Below are positions 28,928-32,000 of a stretch of DNA of 32,000 nt, piece by piece (within the stretch, counting starts at the first letter, position 1; every line of letters starts with the position of its first letter). This DNA comes from Dickeya dadantii NCPPB 898 (GTDB taxonomy: Bacteria > Pseudomonadota > Gammaproteobacteria > Enterobacterales > Enterobacteriaceae), in the NCBI RefSeq assembly GCF_000406145.1, contig NZ_CM001976.1, forward strand, positions 4,485,175-4,517,174, read 5' to 3'. A program made the position numbers and the translations under genes. The notes beneath the pieces are model-generated. The model ran no database searches and was not told where the DNA came from. It worked only from the letters and a program-made list of their open reading frames with translations.

Positions 28928-30142
28928 TTAACCGGCCGCGTGCGACATTGTGTTTTTTATCACCCACTTTCGCTCGGAAAACGCCGCCAGCACGGCAATC
29001 ATGATCGCCACCACACCCGCTACCATCGCCATAGCCAGCGCATAGTTATGGTTGTGGGCTTCGGCAATGCTCGCCTGCAACGTGGCATTAACCGATGCGA
29101 TCAGGTTGCCGAGCTGGTAGACAAAACCGGGGAGCACCGCTCGCGTGTTGCTCGGTACCAGTTCATTCAGGAAGGTCGGAATCACGCCCCAGGCGCCCTG
29201 TACCATGAACTGCATCAAAAACGCGCCCAACCCCAGCGCCCAGGGGCCGTGCGAGAATGCCCACAGTGGGATCACCGGCAAGGCCAACAACGCGGCCGCG
29301 ATAATGGCTTTCTTCCGGCCAATGCGTTCTGACAGCGTACCGAAAAAGATACCGCCGATGATCGAGGCAATATTATAGCTAATGGCGATTATACTGACGG
29401 TTTTCGCATCAAAACCGTGCTGGATTTTTAGAAATGCCGGATACAGGTCCTGCGTGCCGTGGCTGAAGAAATTGAACGACGCCATCAGTACCACCAGATA
29501 AAGACAGAGTTTCCAGTGCGTCTTTAACACCGGCAATAGCGCAGTGCTTTCCTTGCGTACCCGGGCGGCCAGCCATACCGGCGACTCCTCCACACAAAAA
29601 TAAATAAACGGCAACAGCAAAATAGGCACCGCGCCGATGATAAACATGCCGCGCCAGCCGATCTGATCAAACAACAATCCGTAAACTACCGCAGCCAGCA
29701 AATAACCAAACGGATATCCGGCCTGAAAAATACCTGACATCAACCCACGGGAGCGGTCTGGAATGGTTTCCATCGCCAGTGAGGACGCAACACCCCAGAT
29801 TCCCCCCATCGCCACGCCATACAACACTCTCAACAGCAGGAACACCATAATATTCGGCGCTGCGGCGGATAACAGCTCAAACACCGAGAACAGCACGATG
29901 TTCAACATCAAAATCGGCTTGCGGCCAAACTTCTCCGCCAGCCGCCCCAACAGCAGCGCGCCGATGGGGCGAACGGCCAGCGTCAGCAGAATAGCCAGCG
30001 TCACCTGTTCCATGCTGACGGAAAATGCATGGGCGAGTTCGCTAAGCAGAAAAACCAGAATGAAGAAATCAAATGCATCCAGCGCCCAGCTTAAAAAGCT
30101 GGCAATCGCTGCATTACGTTGCAGGGAAGTCCAACCAAGCAT
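28928..30142 (-). CDS. MFS transporter (NanT/YjhB-like, sialate:H+ symporter family-like)
   Basis: 404 aa and strongly hydrophobic throughout, consistent with about 12 TM segments. It carries MFS motif A (GRLAEKFGRKP). The N-terminal LDAFDFFILVFLL and mid-protein WRGMFIIGAVP resemble NanT/YjhB-type carriers as I recall them. Confidence 0.85.
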   Translation of the reverse strand: MLGWTSLQRNAAIASFLSWALDAFDFFILVFLLSELAHAFSVSMEQVTLAILLTLAVRPIGALLLGRLAEKFGRKPILMLNIVLFSVFELLSAAAPNIMVFLLLRVLYGVAMGGIWGVASSLAMETIPDRSRGLMSGIFQAGYPFGYLLAAVVYGLLFDQIGWRGMFIIGAVPILLLPFIYFCVEESPVWLAARVRKESTALLPVLKTHWKLCLYLVVLMASFNFFSHGTQDLYPAFLKIQHGFDAKTVSIIAISYNIASIIGGIFFGTLSERIGRKKAIIAAALLALPVIPLWAFSHGPWALGLGAFLMQFMVQGAWGVIPTFLNELVPSNTRAVLPGFVYQLGNLIASVNATLQASIAEAHNHNYALAMAMVAGVVAIMIAVLAAFSERKWVIKNTMSHAAG

Positions 30143-30486
30143 AATTTTTATCCTGATAGTGAGACAGCTTCACGTCATTAACAGGCTGAACGGCAAACGG
30201 CGCCGCAGTCGGTGAGGCGATGTGAAAATCGCAGATGATATTTTAAATATTTGTTAAATACGCCTATCGCGACCATCAGGCAATGCTGTGATCGGTATGA
30301 ATCTGTTGCGAACACGGCCACCTTGTAACTTTTTATTAACAACGACAGGAAGCATGCACACAATTTTATGAATCCCGCCTGAAAGAGCAGATTGTTTTAT
30401 GGCAACGCTTCGCAAAATGGTCATAACCACGATGTCACAAAACGGCCGGACCGGCATGATGCCCTCCTCACAGGGAGGAACGAGCA

Positions 30487-32000
30487 ATGACACTGGCTGT
30501 GACCTACACGCGGGCCACTATCGGTATGCAGGCGCCGGAAGTTTCAATTGAAGTGCATATCAGTAATGGCTTACCTGCACTGACGCTGGTTGGTTTACCG
30601 GAAACCACGGTCAAAGAAGCGCGAGATCGGGTGCGCAGCGCCCTGATCAACTGCGGCTTCACCTTTCCCGCCAAGCGGATTACCGTCAACCTGGCGCCGG
30701 CGGACCTGCCGAAAGAAGGAGGACGATATGACCTCCCCATCGCTCTGGCCATTCTGGCGGCCTCAGAACAGATTGCCGGCGAGAAACTGGCTCAGTATGA
30801 GTTTCTGGGCGAACTCGGGTTGTCAGGCAGCCTGAGAGGCGTTCATGGCGCTATTCCGGCGGCAATGGAAGCGCACAAGGCAGGTCGGGGGCTGATTCTG
30901 CCGGAAGACAACAAAATGGAAATCACTCTGGTCCCCCACGGCGATACGTTACTGGCTAATCATCTGCTGCAGGTTTGTGCTTTTCTGCAGGGTGAAACGC
31001 CACTGCTGCGCGGCAACGATATTACACCTGAAACACCAGCTCATACGCCGACAGCAGACCTGAAGGACATCATCGGCCAGGAGCAAGCTAAACGCGCGCT
31101 GGAAATTGCGGCAGCAGGAGGACACAACCTGCTATTGCTGGGTCCGCCTGGCACCGGCAAAACCATGCTGGCCAGCCGTCTGCCCGGTTTGTTGCCGCCG
31201 CTTGATGACGAGGAAGCGCTGGAAAGTGCCGCCATCAACAGCCTGATAGATATTCAGCCCAGCCTGTCGCAATGGCGTAACCGGCCATTCCGTTCGCCTC
31301 ACCACACCGCATCCATTACTGCGCTGGTCGGCGGCGGTGCACTGCCCAAACCTGGCGAAATCTCGCTGGCGCATAATGGTGTGCTGTTTCTGGATGAATT
31401 GCCGGAATTTGAACGCCGGGTACTGGACTCACTGCGGGAGCCGCTGGAATCAGGAGAAATCGTGATTTCCCGTACTCGCGCCAAGGTCTGTTATCCCGCG
31501 CGTTTTCAGTTGGTGGCCGCAATGAATCCAAGTCCATCGGGTCACTATCAGGGTATCCACAACCGTATGCCGGCACAGCAAATCCTACGCTACCTCAACC
31601 GGCTCTCCGGCCCCTTTCTGGATCGTTTTGATTTATCCATTGAGGTGCCATTGCTACCTCCCGGTATCCTTCGCCAGCAAACACGCATTGGCGAGGACAG
31701 CGCCACAGTACGGGAACGGGTATTTGAAGCCAGAAAACGGCAGTTAGCCCGTATCGGCAGAATCAACGCGCAAATGAAATCGGATGATATCGCCTGTCAC
31801 TGCCGGTTGAAGGGCGAGGACGCGGCATATCTGGAAGAGGTGATGAGCAAATTAGGGCTGTCGGTCAGAGCCTGGCACCGGATACTGAAAGTCTCGCGTA
31901 CAATCGCCGACCTGGGAGGAGAAGATCAGATTCATCGTACTCATTTGTCGGAAGCGCTCAGCTATCGTTGTATGGATCGCCTGCTAATTCAGCTGCACAA
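30487..32000 (+). CDS. comM: YifB/ComM family Mg-chelatase-like AAA+ ATPase, 3' end cut by the window edge
   Basis: This ORF is not in the ORF track because it has no stop within the window. My translation from ATG 30487 (SD GGAGG, 8-nt spacer) gives MTLAVTYTRATIGMQAPEVSIEVHISNGLPALTLVGLPETTVKEARDRVRSA...NLAPADLPKEGGRYDLPIALAIL. Later it contains GPPGTGKTML (Walker A) and LFLDELPEF (Walker B), colinear with E. coli YifB. Confidence 0.92.
   Translation, partial: MTLAVTYTRATIGMQAPEVSIEVHISNGLPALTLVGLPETTVKEARDRVRSALINCGFTFPAKRITVNLAPADLPKEGGRYDLPIALAILAASEQIAGEKLAQYEFLGELGLSGSLRGVHGAIPAAMEAHKAGRGLILPEDNKMEITLVPHGDTLLANHLLQVCAFLQGETPLLRGNDITPETPAHTPTADLKDIIGQEQAKRALEIAAAGGHNLLLLGPPGTGKTMLASRLPGLLPPLDDEEALESAAINSLIDIQPSLSQWRNRPFRSPHHTASITALVGGGALPKPGEISLAHNGVLFLDELPEFERRVLDSLREPLESGEIVISRTRAKVCYPARFQLVAAMNPSPSGHYQGIHNRMPAQQILRYLNRLSGPFLDRFDLSIEVPLLPPGILRQQTRIGEDSATVRERVFEARKRQLARIGRINAQMKSDDIACHCRLKGEDAAYLEEVMSKLGLSVRAWHRILKVSRTIADLGGEDQIHRTHLSEALSYRCMDRLLIQLH

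Noticed and set aside
28796-29332. 178-aa + strand ORF spanning the ilv promoter and the MFS gene
   Set aside because: It is antisense to the MFS transporter, crosses a promoter region, and has an Arg/His-rich composition.
30400-30558. ORF of about 50 codons (MATLRKMVITTMSQNGRTG...) overlapping the comM start in another frame
   Set aside because: It has no SD, overlaps the well-supported comM start, and has no recognisable features. It is probably spurious.

Overview
The window looks like a chromosomal segment from an enterobacterial soft-rot pathogen, most likely Dickeya. That call rests on the pehV-pehW-pehX cluster, the visibly GC-rich coding sequence, and gene order and protein similarity to E. 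coli as I recall it. The conserved backbone follows the E. coli order: rhlB-gppA | rep-ppiC | ilvC-ilvY | ilvA-ilvD-ilvE-ilvM-ilvG-(ilvX)-ilvL | comM. Four lineage-specific inserts interrupt it. (1) Three tandem GH28 exo-poly-alpha-D-galacturonosidase genes (pehV, pehW, pehX; 2854-9059) lie between gppA and rep. (2) Divergent putA/putP plus an orphan single-pass membrane protein (11642-17915) lie between ppiC and ilvC. (3) A secreted DUF1311/LprI-like protein and a convergent DUF2461 protein (20538-22049) lie between ilvY and ilvA. (4) An MFS transporter (28928-30142) lies between the ilv leader promoter and comM. The main structure beyond the gene list is in the peh array. pehW is a mosaic with pehV-like ends and a pehX-like core. 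A 346-bp block is repeated at an offset of exactly 2200 bp with 10 mismatches. Each inter-peh spacer carries a decayed copy of the gppA 3' end and its terminator hairpin, and each gene is preceded by a conserved KdgR-like dyad. Smaller observations: two unrelated 16-bp tandem repeats sit in 3'UTR positions (5 units after putP; 3-4 units across the ilvA stop codon). The ilvL leader, its attenuator and a 16-codon ilvX-like ORF are present, and GTTGCA PutA operator motifs occur in the put control region. I see no rRNA, tRNA, CRISPR array, transposase, integrase, or recognisable defence, toxin or secretion system. The peh cluster is a described system, so I cannot support a claim of a wholly new system. 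The least understood parts are the ilvY-coupled DUF1311 protein, the DUF2461 protein, the 133-aa membrane protein and the two tandem repeats.
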